From NCBI GenBank assembly GCA_009103225.1, contig RHPI01003330.1, positions 8,472 through 72,471 of the forward strand: a DNA stretch of 64,000 nt. The letters run 5' to 3'. The notes beneath the pieces were generated by a model, which was not told where the DNA came from, made no database searches, and saw only the letters and a list, made by a program, of their open reading frames with translations. The position numbers were made by a program, and so were the translations under genes. Shown one piece after another: positions 1 through 12,500 of this stretch. Positions within the stretch are counted from its first letter, which is position 1, and every line of letters begins with the position of its first letter. Origin of the DNA: Chlorokybus atmophyticus (taxonomy: Eukaryota > Plantae > Mesostigma and Chlorokybus algae).

Positions 1-1182
1 CCCCTTTTGCAGTTGTGTGCCTACAAAGCGCACTTCTTGCAAGAGATGAGCCGCCCGCTGGACGACATGCAAACCATGGGTTATAATCGCAGAACTTTGC
101 TCTCACGCTTGCGTGCTTGTTTATGGATTAAGCCTGGCGTTTATGGATTAAGCCTGGTGGTTCTTACAGGCATTTGTTTCGGCTGATTGCATTGGCGACA
201 CCACAAGCTCAGTAACTGAGAGCATTGGCAGTCGGTCAGGTAAGTACAGGTGAGCATGTAGTGCATTGTATTGTATGCACGCGACAGTGGGGAGCAATTG
301 ATGCCCGCTGTATGATGCATTGGCTGCGAATTGAATTGGCATTTTAACGGCTACGACTATGGCCTGCAGTCGTTTTTTTTTTGTGAGTTGTCCTGGCAGG
401 GGATAAGACGCTGGCCGCCAACAAGTTGTGGCGGGGCTGGTCTAGGCGTCCGTCAAGAACAGCGTCTTACACCATGTCCTAGTGCCTGCCCATCGCTGCC
501 TCTCAACTAGCCTTTCCCTTGCGCGCCCTCTGGTTGCTGCAGGTAGCTGCGTGGTGCTGCTATTCCTGCCTGCCTGCTGCAGTGGCACTGCTGCATTGTC
601 ACTCAGTACATAGCACATAGCACCAGCCCCATAATGTCGTAGTGTTTTTGTTGCTGCTTGTGTTTTGAGTTAAATGCTTTGCGTTTTTGTGTTTGAATTG
701 TGAGTGCTTGGCCCCTGGGTTTTACCCAATGCATCTGGCCTATAGATAAGCCTAAACATAGCAAAGGCAGCATGTGCTGCTTGCCCTTGAAGCAAGAATA
801 AGCCATGGGCTTTGCATAGTGACAGTACATGGCGTGTACCTGTACTGCATCAATGGTTAATCTAGTCGCAACACATGCGCATGCTGATTACTTGTAGCGA
901 CCAGAACATGTTGCCAAAGCATGCTCGTGTCTATGACATGAACTGTATTAGTACATGGACAAACTGTCTCGCAAGCATAATCCACATACCAATGTGGACT
1001 ACATAGGGGGGGCCACGCAACGGTACTCGTCAGCCAAGCGCATGCAACATGATGTGTTCAAGCACTGAGTGACACAACTGCAGGCATACAGACACTGCAT
1101 CTTGCGAGCCACACTGATATCAGAGACTTCCACAGAGTCATCGGTTGTCATTAGGTGTTTGCTGCACTGCACAGGCTTCCGA

Positions 1183-3010
1183 CTATCCAATGAGGATCTT
1201 CTTGGCAATCAAAATAACCAGCATCACCAGACACATCACCAACAACAGCATTATGCACAAAAACATCCGACTCTTCTTCTGTGTTTGGTCAGCCTGCAAC
1301 AACAAGTGTTGCTGACGGGCAGTGTTGACTGACAATACATGTGTTGAAGAAGCGTACAGTTTTTCAGACAGGTTCATGAGGTTCAACAAGTTAATAGTGC
1401 TTACCCGCTTGAGCTGTTGCAAGCCTTCCTCAACCTTCTGATGCACTTGTTCTACATTGTAGTCGATTCTGTCCAGAATGGTACCCTGTCGTATAACAAC
1501 ATACACAACAGTATGGTTTGGAACCTCTTCATCTTGCCTACTCCTCACATGCATCGTCTATCCCATGCAACTCACCTGATCAATGACCAGAACAGACAGG
1601 TCTTGCATGACCTGAGCGAGGTCGTTCACAGACTGGACAATCTGCAAAGGACAAAAGAGAAGAGAGCAGTGAGCCATCTTATGCCAGATTGAACCAGACA
1701 CTCATGTTGGTGTAAACCTTGACTGCACCTTATTGATTTCTGATTCGCGCTCGACCGCCAGGCCGTCTGCATGATGCACGACCATGAGTGCTTGCTCCGA
1801 GAAGCCCATGTCGATGACTTGCCCATGCGAATCATCACGTGGTTTCTCCTCCACCTCAAAGGCCGCACCAACACCAGTTGTTGCCTGCAGCAGGCGAGCA
1901 TAAGCAACTGACGATGCCAGCAACAATCCATTGACTTGACGCTGCATGTGCTCATGTTAGCTTGCCTCTTGCTGCCGTTGTAGCTGCTGCAAATACTCTT
2001 TCTGCTGCTTACGAAACTGCATAGACAGTTCTGACAACTCCGTCGCAACCCTCCTCTGCGAACCAAAGCAGCTGTTAAGCATCAGCAACAGCGGAACAAA
2101 ATCCTTGTAAATTTATATTCATCTCTGTGCAGCAAGTCTGTTGCTACTGGCGTGCATTGTATACTGCGCCATGCACGCACCTGAACATTCTTGCGTACAG
2201 CTGCATCAGCACTCTGATCGCGCGCAGAAAGCTTGTGCAGCTGAGCTTCACAACGCTTCAATCGCCTTGTGATGTCCTGTGCACAACGTCAGATGGCACT
2301 TGCAAGTGTAGGACAACAATGCGCAACAATCCTGAAAGAACTTTGTTTTTATGTTATTTACAAGTTCTCGCTGTACATTTGCAACAACAGCCATGCATGT
2401 GAGGTAGTGTTATTTCTGTCTACACATTGATGAAGCTGCTCAAGGAAGTCACAAGCAGAAATCTGTCAGCAAAGACTTACTTGTTGCAGGGCTTCCGCTT
2501 CAGACACTGCTTGTTGATTCGAGGAGTCGTCAAAGGTAGGGCGCAGCGCCTTCTCATGAGCCTTTGCTAGCTCGGCCATTCTTGATCTGATGACGACCAT
2601 CTCTTCCGCTATTGCATCGCTTAAGTCAACCCATGCTGGCGGCAGATGCTCGGTTGCGCTCCTGCAAGTGATTGTGATACAAATGATAATGCGCACCAAA
2701 GCCAACTGTCTGCAAACCACTAGTCCAAGGCAACCAGTACTTCAAAAAACGAACATGCCAATGCAGTGATGCCAAATCAGCCCATGCACAACAACAGCGT
2801 GCAGTGCACCTACTTGGCTGTGCTTGCACCACCATTTGCCCGATTCGAGCCGTCAGGCGCAGCGAGCAGCTTTGTTCTGGACATGTCCGACAGCTCCAGC
2901 GAAGCGTCCCCATGCCCGGAAGACACACCGGGCACACGAAACACTTTCTGCTGCCCTCGCGCAGTATCTCGGTACTTCACATATGTTGAAGTGCGGTTGC
3001 GCGTTGCCAT
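1183..3010 (-). CDS. SYP4: Syntaxin of plants 4 family / syntaxin-16 (TGN Qa-SNARE), spliced
   Basis: N-peptide MATRNRTSTYVKYR; LPPAWVDLSDAI; SNARE motif ERESEINK|IVQSVNDLAQVMQDLSVLVIDQ|GTILDRIDYNVE; C-terminal TM helix and TAG at 1183-1185. One GC-AG intron at 1885-1965. Confidence 0.93.
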
Positions 3011-4120
3011 GGCGAGTACTCTACACACAAAAGCTGAAAGAGGAGCACACAACAGTAAAATGTACTGTACAGGATGAGAATAACAACTGCAGCAATTCAG
3101 CGGAGAAAACGACAAAACACAACATTGCAGGCAGTTGACTCTGATATGCTTCCATACTGAACATGATGGCAGCTATCAATAGTATGAGAATGCAAGCAGA
3201 TAATGCCGCTTTATGTTTCAACTGAAAATGTTGAAAGATGGACACACTGAAGTAGTGTTGAAACTGGTATTTAAACTCGGGTTGAATCCGCCTCAATTCG
3301 TTATGGACGTAAACCGACTGACAATGAGATATCATGAGACGCGCTTGGAACCACATGACTTGCCCAGGTTGACTACTCTGATAACTAATGCTTGCCTTTC
3401 TGAGAATGCCCTCAAAGTATCAAGGCGGCAGCAGCCTCAGCTGCCAAACTCCCTCTCTCTGGCTCACACATCACCTCATTGCCCGCTGGTAGTTGAGCTG
3501 AGCTGGACTTGAAAGCAACGTCAACAACTAAGCACCCTACAAGCTACTTGCAGTACGTCGTTGGTCTTGCCAAGCACAGTCAATGCTTCTGCTTGCTGCT
3601 CGAGCAAGACCACTGCCTCCGCCGAAATGAAACGGTCCACCAGGTGTGCCGTGAGCGGGAAAGCCAATTTGCAAGCAAGAGGAAAAAGTGCAAACCCCAA
3701 CCAGGCTTCTTGCTTAAGCGCAGGAACAACCAAGTCCACGACAACGGCACCGCCGTGCACACCTCCGCCTCCACCTAACGCTGCTTGCTGCCAACAAACT
3801 CATTTTCAGGACAAGAGTGAGAATGTGTTTCGCACTTCTGCCGTTAGTCGTTTGGTTACACGAGTAGTCTAACCGCCAAATTGTCAAATGCGCGCAGGTC
3901 GGTTAGGTGCCGGAGGCGACGAGCCAATGCCTTGGTTAGTCAAACTACCTTTTCGAGCTCTAACCGGGTTCAGGGTACCTTTAGTTTGGCGGTGTGGCAG
4001 CCGTGGCGGTGGCGGCGGCGGCGGTGGTGGCGGTGGTGTCGGCAGCGGTGCCGGCAGTGGTGTCGCATGTATGCTGGGCGTCTGTGAGGGTGTCGCTGTT
4101 GCCGTTATTGGAGCGAAAGC

Positions 4121-6482
4121 ATGCAGTTCACCAATGACGGCAGCTTCATGGAGCAGTTCATGAAGCTGCAGCAACAGCAGGGAGCGGGTGTGGCTGGAGC
4201 TGCGGGCGGCAGCAGCGGTGGAGTAGGAGCTGGTGGAGGTCCTGAAGGTGCTGAAAAGGATGGGGCTGCCCGTGGTGTGGGCAAGGCGCCTGCTGCTGGT
4301 GCTGTGCTAAAGCCTGTTGCCTTCAGCGCCAATAAACTGCCGACTGCGGCGGGCGGAAGCAACAGCAGCAAGCTATCATTCAGTCTCAAGGCCAAGAAGG
4401 CTGTTGCCAACGCACTGAAGCTAGCTGATGATGACGATGATGCTGGCGACACCGAGACCCACGACCAGAAGCGTCAGCGCACAGCCGAAGCAGCCACCAC
4501 GAGCAGTGCACCGACAGTCTCGTCTTCTGGCTTTGTTGATGCAGGTAAGTTGTTGTGTGCCTACATCGTTGCCTTACAGCAACTCGCGCATGGTACGCTT
4601 TGCCAGCTGCCTTCTGCTGGCACTTTGCAATTCATGTGCTGCACGAGTTTGTTTGATGCTAACTGCTCAATCCTACACAAATTGCACTGAACACAGCGTT
4701 TCATGGAATGCGCTGCATTGACGTTGGGTATGCTGCTCGTTGCAGCCTCAATTGACGAGGAGGTAAGGAGGGTGGCCGATAAGCTCGCTGAGTTTGTCGC
4801 CAAGAATGGGCGCCAGTTTGAAGAAATTACAAGGCAGCGCAACCCTGGCAATACGCCATTCAGGTACGACGTGTTCATTGCTTGCGCTGCCATGAGTGAG
4901 TCAAGTGGATGTCATCATCGGCATGCACACGTAATGACACGTGCACCATGATGTGGGGCACAGTTTCCTATTTGATGCAAACTGCAAGGAGTACAAATAC
5001 TATTTATGGAAGCTTGCGCAATCGCAAACAACGAGCAGTGGTGAGTAGACAGCGACCAGAAACTGGCTTCTCTTTGAGCAACCGTGTTTGCCGCTGCTTG
5101 TAGTTGTACTAGCCAATCCACCGACAGGTTGATGCTTTTGCTTCCACTTTAGCCTACCTTCTCCAAGCCACACTGTTTGCGTGCTGGGTTGCATTGCTCA
5201 CGCAACTTGAGCTCTTGCTATCGCAGGCAACAGTCCCAGCACATCAGCCAGCACCACCCCACCGCAATCATCACAGTATACACATAGGCCCGCGGTTGTT
5301 GGCACTGGTACTCTACAAGCCAGTGCATTGCATTTCAGACTTTGTGTGGATGTGTATAACGTGTAGCTCTGCACCCTTACTGTGCATATTGTCTGCAGTA
5401 CCCTTCAGCTTGGACATTGCATGTTTAACATTGTCAATGTGGCAGACGGCGGCACACGAGAAGGGCGGAGGCGACCATCTTTGTTCAGTGTTTCGGCACC
5501 TGAAGCACAAGCAGTCGCTGTTCCAGGTAATCTGGGTTTGACATAAGCTTTGGCGGTGTATTAAGGCGGCTTAGTGCTATTGCCCAATGTGAGGTGGCGG
5601 CTGCACAGCATTGTTGTGACTTGCAATACTAACTCTGGCCATGCACAGGAGCGCCTGATCCCAGGAACTCGCTGGCCATGATGGAGTTCTTCATGAAGCA
5701 GGCTGCACAGCAAGACATGAGGAAACCCGCTGCCCTGGAATACCCCAAACCAGAAGAGGAGGTTGAAGAAGAGCCGGTTCCAGGTACTTGGTAATGTTTC
5801 AAATTTCAACAAACTTCACTGTTTGGTGTTGAAAGGCTGACATGCAGTAGATGCCATCACCTAATATGTCTCTCGTGTGTCTGTCGTATGCTGCAGTAAA
5901 GGGACCAAAGGGTCATCACATGGGCGACTACATTCCCCAGGAAGAGCTGGTCAAGTTTTATGAGAAGGTGCAAGAGGTCAACCAGAACAAAGCATATGAA
6001 GCTTTTGCTTCCGCAAAGCTTGCTGCAGATAACATTGGTCACAAGTTGCTGTCAAAGATGGGTTGGAAAGAAGGTACATATTGGATGTGTCGCGGCAAAT
6101 GCTGCAGCTTATGTCGCACTCATGCCAGTCATTCCTGGTATGTAATGTTCTGCCGGTGCTCTTCAGTCACATCTAACATGTCTGCAGGGCAAGGGCTCGG
6201 CAGCAATGCACAGGGCATTGCAGTTCCTGTTTCCGCCACAGATGTGCGTACAGATACAAGTGGCATTGGAGTAGAAAAGCCTGGCGAATTGAAGGAGGGC
6301 GATGATATCTACGAGCAGTACAAGAAACGCATGATGCTGGGCTATCGCTTCCGGCCAAACCCACTGGTCAGCACCTTGTGTGCGCACTTGCATGTACCAG
6401 CTTTGGCATTAGCATATGTCATGTTCTGTGAGTTGACTTTCTTGTGTGCCTGCAGAATAACCCGCGAAAGCAGTACTACTAG
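4121..6482 (+). CDS. SUGP1: SURP and G-patch domain-containing protein (SUGP1/SF4-like splicing factor), spliced
   Basis: N-terminal F-x-NDGSFMEQF; SURP domain VADKLAEFVAKNGRQFEEITRQRNP; GHHMGDYIP; G-patch NIGHKLLSKMGWKEG|QGLG; C-terminus YEQYKKRMMLGYRFRPNPL|NNPRKQYY*. The exons splice in frame. Confidence 0.93.
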
Positions 6483-7301
6483 TGCATGTTGTGTAAGCTG
6501 TGACTGCTCGAGCAGCTTGTGTCTACTGTTTGCAACCTGTGTACTGCTTACAAGCAGTTCCAAGTGTTTGTTTGTTGAGTGTACAGATTATGCGCGTGAT
6601 GTATGTGTGCAGGTTTGCTGTGTTGTTGTACATAGAATGCGCAATGCAAGTGTGTATTGACCCACCAAAGCGGCGTGCATGGGTGGGTTGTTCCATGGCA
6701 ATAAGAGCAAGTCCTGCTTGTGTTAGCCATGTATGCATACAACCACACCATGTGCAGCGCGATGTGATCTGCACCTTGCCTGCTGCGGCAATACATGCTG
6801 CACCCGTAAAAGCAGCACTTGTAAAGTATGGTGAACCCGCCCTCTTTCATGCTCTTCCCGCTTGTGGCTTGCCACAATTCTATGTCAGCACGCAGCATGG
6901 CGCGTTGCATGTGGCACTTTAGCTGCTGATTGTAGGAATTGCCGTAACCAATACATATTGTGACAGCAAGCCATTGGTGCATAGACTACATTGCTGAAAT
7001 ATGTTACATCCGTAATAAGAGTTGTCGGTAAAGCGTTTCACTGGGCAGTGCTAGATTAGCCTCACCACCCCGGCAATGCATAAAGCAGGTGATTTAGTAG
7101 TCGTTGTGTCTGCCTGTTGCGTGTCCATTGCTGTTGTTGAAGCAGGTGTTGTGCGGCATAGGCCTACAACAACTGCAGCGATGCCGCACAACACCAGGCC
7201 TCCAGGCCTTGCACGCTGCTTGTCGCAGCATCAACACTTTACTGTACATTGCCAATTGTGACACTGGGATCAACCGTACGGGGTGTTGTCCGAATCAGTG
7301 G

Positions 7302-7772
7302 TACAGTCTACCCCTGTTAAAAGACTTCGCTGTAAGGGAATAACCCCGCTAAGATCATGGATTATCAAAAGACCAATGGTTTTACAGGCAAATATCTTCG
7401 GTTAGTGGAATAGTCTTATACGTAATAAGACTAAAGAGAAGGCTTGAAAATTTAAGTGGGCTCAGTCTTGTAACGGGGGTATACCTTGTTAATGGCATGA
7501 TTGCCTTGTTGATATTAGAATAATTATAAAATAAAATTATCGAGTTCATATATTAAATTGTATGATTTATAGAGGAAATAAGAATCTGACTTTTACCACG
7601 TCAGCAAATGATGACGTGGCTTGAGGTTATCGGTCGATACCCCCATTCACAGAATATATATTCTTTGAACGATAAAAGAATATATAATATTATAAGCGCC
7701 AAGAGAATGATACCGTTAGTGGAATGAAAAGCTGAAAGATTAACGTGATTCTTATAACGGGGGTAGACTGTA
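7302..7772. mobile_element. Non-autonomous Tc1/mariner/pogo-type MITE (467 bp plus TA target duplication)
   Basis: Left TIR CAGTCTACCCCTGTTAAAAGA starts at 7304. The right TIR reverse-complements to CAGTCTACCCCCGTTATAAGA and ends at 7770. TA flanks both ends (7302-3, 7771-2). The interior is AT-rich with an internal TIR-like copy TTGTAACGGGGGTA near 7468. Confidence 0.85.
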
Positions 7773-7940
7773 CAGTATACTAATTCTGCACCCTGCAAGT
7801 TGCAGGCTGCGGATCGTCGGCGCGATCTGTTCTGGATCAGTGTCATCAGACTGATGACACTGATCCTAAACAGGTGAGGCACTGCTCTGAGAGAGTGACA
7901 CTGCGACGAGTACAAATGCCACAACGGCTACCAGCAGCTA

Positions 7941-9127
7941 GTGCTGGCGGCGGCGGTAGCGCGGAGAGGTTTGCCTAAGGAAGAGGTGTGCCTGGGCTGG
8001 ACGCTTGGAGCTGAGCAGGACTTGTACCCTTACCGTGTAAACGTGCTGCTTGAGATAGCTGAAGAGTTGCTCGCCTTTACAACAAGGCCCATCATTCAGG
8101 TAGAGCTCTGGCCTTGGCAAGCGGTCGCTGTCCTCCTTGAGACAGACAACAACAGGTGAGTGCAAACGCAGGCTCTTGTTTATTCCCCAGCTCTGACACC
8201 TCAGCTACATTACGAACTTTGCTTTCGCATGTGGTTCCCAAGCAGCTTATGCAGCACACATCATGCATAAGTATGGTTGTTAAATAAGCGGTGTTGAAAC
8301 ATTGTCAGCAACCACAGCTGTGTGTGTGTGACGATATACTAATAGCAGTAGTGACGGTCAGTAAGTCGTGGGAGTATTATTTCTCCACAATAGCCATGTG
8401 TTGCAGCATGCAGCAGACAGAAGACTATGCAATAGCGCAACAAGATGTTTTACGCGATGGTAATCTGCTGCACTTGGTCATCGAAGCGCTGCACTCAACA
8501 AAGCACCACGCACGTGTCCGCTGCGTAAACCGCTTCTGGAGGGCCACAGTCCATGAAGCCGAAGATAAGTTGTATCGGAACTTGTGGCCAACATCAGGAT
8601 GGAATTTGCTCAAAGCTCAAGTGCAATCGTGTCATGATCGCATGCGAGTCATGCAGGCAACGCCCAATGCAAAACAAGTGTCTTTTATGGCCTTCTGCAT
8701 GGCGCGGCTCGGTGATGTAAACTTCTCTCGCCCAACTGGTGTGCTATGGGCCAGTATGAAGAAGGCCTCTACTTCATGGATGCCAGATGCCATATATCCC
8801 CGCCCATGCTGGTAGAGATGTCCACCAGCGTTGTTGCGGATGTTTTTCTTGTCAGAGCAGGATAGAGAGTTGGTGCATTTGCACACGCAGTGCTGCAGTT
8901 GTGTCATGGACAAAGGTGGGCTTCGTGTCAAGATGAGCTTCAATGGTTTGGATGGCAGCAATGAGTGTCAAGCAGGAGAGTGCTGCTTCAGGAACTCCAC
9001 CTACGAGCAAAAGCCAGAGGAGCGTGGTCCTGGCTGTACGGGAGGCAGTTACTACGGCTTCTATAATTTGAAGCTGGAGGACAGCCGCCACCTGGCGGTT
9101 CTGGCTAAGCGGGGGTTCACTGAATAG
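7941..9127 (+). pseudogene. F-box-like protein gene with an internal in-frame TAG (possible pseudogene)
   Basis: F-box-like motif DVLRDGNLLHLVIEALHSTKHHARVRCVNRFWRATV. The exon ending at 8156 (AG|GTGAGT) splices in frame to CAG|C ATG at 8408. TAG at 8813-8815 is followed by a same-frame open run to 9127. The 5' end is uncertain. Confidence 0.45.
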
Positions 9128-9524
9128 CAGTTTACAGAGCTAGATTTAGACCATTGACTGCAGCTCCTGTCAGTACACTTCCTGCAACCTTGACTAAAGC
9201 ATCATGTGTTGTCACCGGCATTCCTGCAGTGCTTGGTGTCGCGACATGCCGGTAACCACACCATACTCATGTAAGCCTGTGGCTGTCACCAATCCCACCA
9301 TACAAACTAGTAGACAACTAAGCGGAGGCAAACACTACCAGCTCACAACAGTAAAGCCACCATACAGGACTCAGGTGTATCATGCTGGTATGCCAGGCTT
9401 TTGACACCATCTCAATGCGCACAAAGCCGACTGTGGCAGGAAATGAGATGTCTGCAAGAACTGCTTGGTATCATCGTCACGATGGTAATGTTGGATACCT
9501 ACCAATGGTGCTTGGTAGGTGCCA

Positions 9525-12500
9525 CTAACCTCCCGCGCCATTCACAGTTGCGTTTGCGAAGAGGTCTGCGTGTTCAGCAGCAATCACATCTGCCACAGCA
9601 TCCAGCTCATCCGCGCCGACGGCGGCTTCCACGTCTTCAGTGACATCCTCCATGGGCACAGCAGGCAACTGCTCCTGCGGATCATTCAGCAATCTGTGAA
9701 ACGCCACCTGCAGACAAAGGGAATCAGGAAGCACATGTTAAGAGCGCTTTCTATTGTAGATTGACTCTGACAGTGTTAACTAGGCACGACAAGCACACCC
9801 TCACAACAACCTGCCACGAATTTACAGTGCAACCCATATGCCGCATTACCACATACGCAACATCAGGGCTTGCAAAGGCAACATGCTAGTCTATAAAACT
9901 ATTTGCTTACCGCCGTTGAAGTCTTGAGCAGCTCGCGCACCAGCATCGTGGCATAACTTGAAGCCGGCAGTGTAACGGACAGTTGAAGTGCTGTGTGCAC
10001 TCCCTGCTGCTCTGTGTCATTCACTGCATCGGGTTGAGAAGGATTGCCATTTGTGTTGCCTGAGGTTGTTTGCTCGCCGTTTGTGGACACAGCTGTTGCT
10101 TGAGACTTGGCTTGCAACCGCACAAGATCGGTTTCAACCAGCGGCTTTTTGGGGTTGGAGTACTTGATAATGGACCTGCGTTAACAGCAAGCGATGAGCA
10201 AAGACGTGTGTGGTGCCAACTGCGTATGCCACCTCACCATGACATATCTTTTGGTCGATTGATCACTCTGCGATAGTCACCGGAAAATGCCACCAGCGAG
10301 AACTCCGACACGTTGTGACAAGTGTTTGTCAAACTGATGCCATCCTGCAATAGAGTACAGTGTCCCATAATCATCACACAACGTTACACACGTGTGTTGG
10401 CCACGAAGGGTCCATTGCAAACGCACCTTGGCTGCCAATTGATGGTATATCTCGGCTGTATTGTTTGCAGGATACCGCACCAAATAGCCTGGCATTGGAA
10501 GCACCAGCGCATCAACACTGTAAGCACCACTGTCTGCCTCTTCTGGAGTCACCACCTGAGCCAGAACAAGTTACGCACTGAGCCAAGAGCAATGACAGCT
10601 GGCGCGAGTCCAACGCTGAAATCCAGCTGCTCACCTTCACGCGCACTTTACTGCGGCGTTCATAGGAAGCGAGCTCGTATGAGGCCGCAGTTGACGCAGC
10701 AGCATCGTTAACAGCATCGACCGCCACAAGATCACCTGTGATAACTTTCTCGGCACCGTATTGCTGCACGCGGTAGCTAACGGCAGAGTTCCACAGATAG
10801 CTTTGGTAGCTGTGAATGTACCTGTGCACGACCATGTACATCAGGCGCAACATAACTGTATTGTGGGTTGCATGCGTGTCGCAACACAGCAGCTGAGCGC
10901 AGCAAGATCCGCGCCCAATAACACATTTGCCACTATGGTCGCAACTCCACACACAGATTTGCAGGACAACCACAGACGCTGTGCAACACAGCTAAGCAAT
11001 TTGAATGATCACCAACAACATAAAGCACTTACATCATGCGCAGTGTCCTTGGCAAGCCGAGAAGCGCCTGCTTGTAGTCATTGGGTCGCTGCCTGAGCCC
11101 TTGCATTACTGCGCGCTCGGCGGTTGCGTAAAGTGGAAGCATGTTGAGCGTCTGCGCCGGGTCCTTCGTGCTGACCCAGTGCTCACGCGCCTTGACCCCC
11201 TGCTCCCTCTCACCCTGTGGACCAAAGCCCAAAATCTCCACACGTCAACAACAACTGCATGCAAAGGCTTCAAGACAACTGTCATCAGTAATGAAGAGGG
11301 TATGTACCTTGCAACCTGCCTCAACAACAACTGTATGCAAAATTTTCGAGACAACTGTCATCAGTAATGAAGAGGGGGAAGTATCTTGCTACCTACCTCG
11401 CGAGGTTGCATAATCAAGCGCACGGCATCCTCCCATTCGCCCTTCATGAGATGGATCCCAATGGCATGCGTGGGTATGTTGCCACTGCCGAACCGCTAAG
11501 CAGATGTCAAGAACGCGGTCAAGCGCGATTGCTTTCCAAATAGGGGGGTTTTGTCCGCGGCTACCACTCACCTGCAGCCCAAAGTAGTTGATGAAGCCGC
11601 TCTGCTGCAAGCCAGCTGCTGCTTTCGCCACTGTCGTCTCATCATCAGCCACAACACCTCTGCAACATGTCCACAGTGAGACCAATGATGAAACCCATTG
11701 CACATGCGGACAAGCAACACACGCAAACACAGATATGCATGTACTTGCCAACATACCGCAAAGTGATGGTGAAGCGGTTCCCCCAAAGGTCTCCCAACTG
11801 CAGAGGTTCCTTACAGTACTCAAAGTTTCCAACGCCCATGGCAATGAGCCGCGCGTTCAACGGTGCCAGCTGCTCCGCACACAACCTGTACGCTGTCACC
11901 TGCGCACATAGACAAAAAGGTAAGTGCAGTTTTACACATGTGCAGGACTCTTCAACACGCGCACCAGCTGGGAGGTGCAGGCTCGCTTGTCCTTTGTTCC
12001 AGCCATGCCGAACGCTTTCGGATGCACATGCAACATGCGGCCGAGAACACCCACTGCATCCTGCGTCTCCTTGTTCTCTTTGTACAACACAAACCTGCGT
12101 GGACAGTTGACCATGTTAGGTTGGTCACACTGCTGGCAGTATGTGCCAGAGTTTGCACGAGAGTACAAAAAGTCTAAAGTAGTGATGAATAAGCAACCAA
12201 CACAATCAATGCCACTACCTCAGAAAGTCCCCGCGCCCTCGTGGCCATCGAGACCCTCTATCATCTTCGCGCTTACGTTTGTTTGCATTTCGCTGGCGAG
12301 CGCGCGGGTCCTGCATGGAGCATCACACGCCACCATTCAAACATCAGCACTTTGACATGCCTGCTGCAAACAACCTGTCCGCTGTCGCACCTGTGACAGG
12401 GGACGCAAACACACACATTTGGCTTTCTGGCTGCTGCGCTCTCCTGGCGGGTCAACAGTGTCGGTGCTGAGGAAGGGAAGCCTTTGCTTGACAAACTCAT

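Noticed and set aside
119-157. 19-bp direct repeat GTTTATGGATTAAGCCTGG x2 as a possible CRISPR-like or TSD signal
   Set aside because: Only two adjacent copies with no spacer: a simple tandem duplication.
13-186. 58-codon open frame after an acceptor-like TTTTGCAG (possible last exon of an upstream gene)
   Set aside because: Too short, and no recognisable homology.
3021-3778. Several 80-110 aa ORFs between SYP4 and SUGP1
   Set aside because: No homology; the region is better explained as the SYP4 5'UTR intron and promoter.
8813-8815. TAG/TAA-to-Gln reassigned genetic code (as in some ulvophytes), suggested by the internal TAG
   Set aside because: Conserved genes in the window end at TAG or TAA at the expected positions (SUGP1 YY-TAG, SYP4, argH, SUV3 TAA), so the code is standard.
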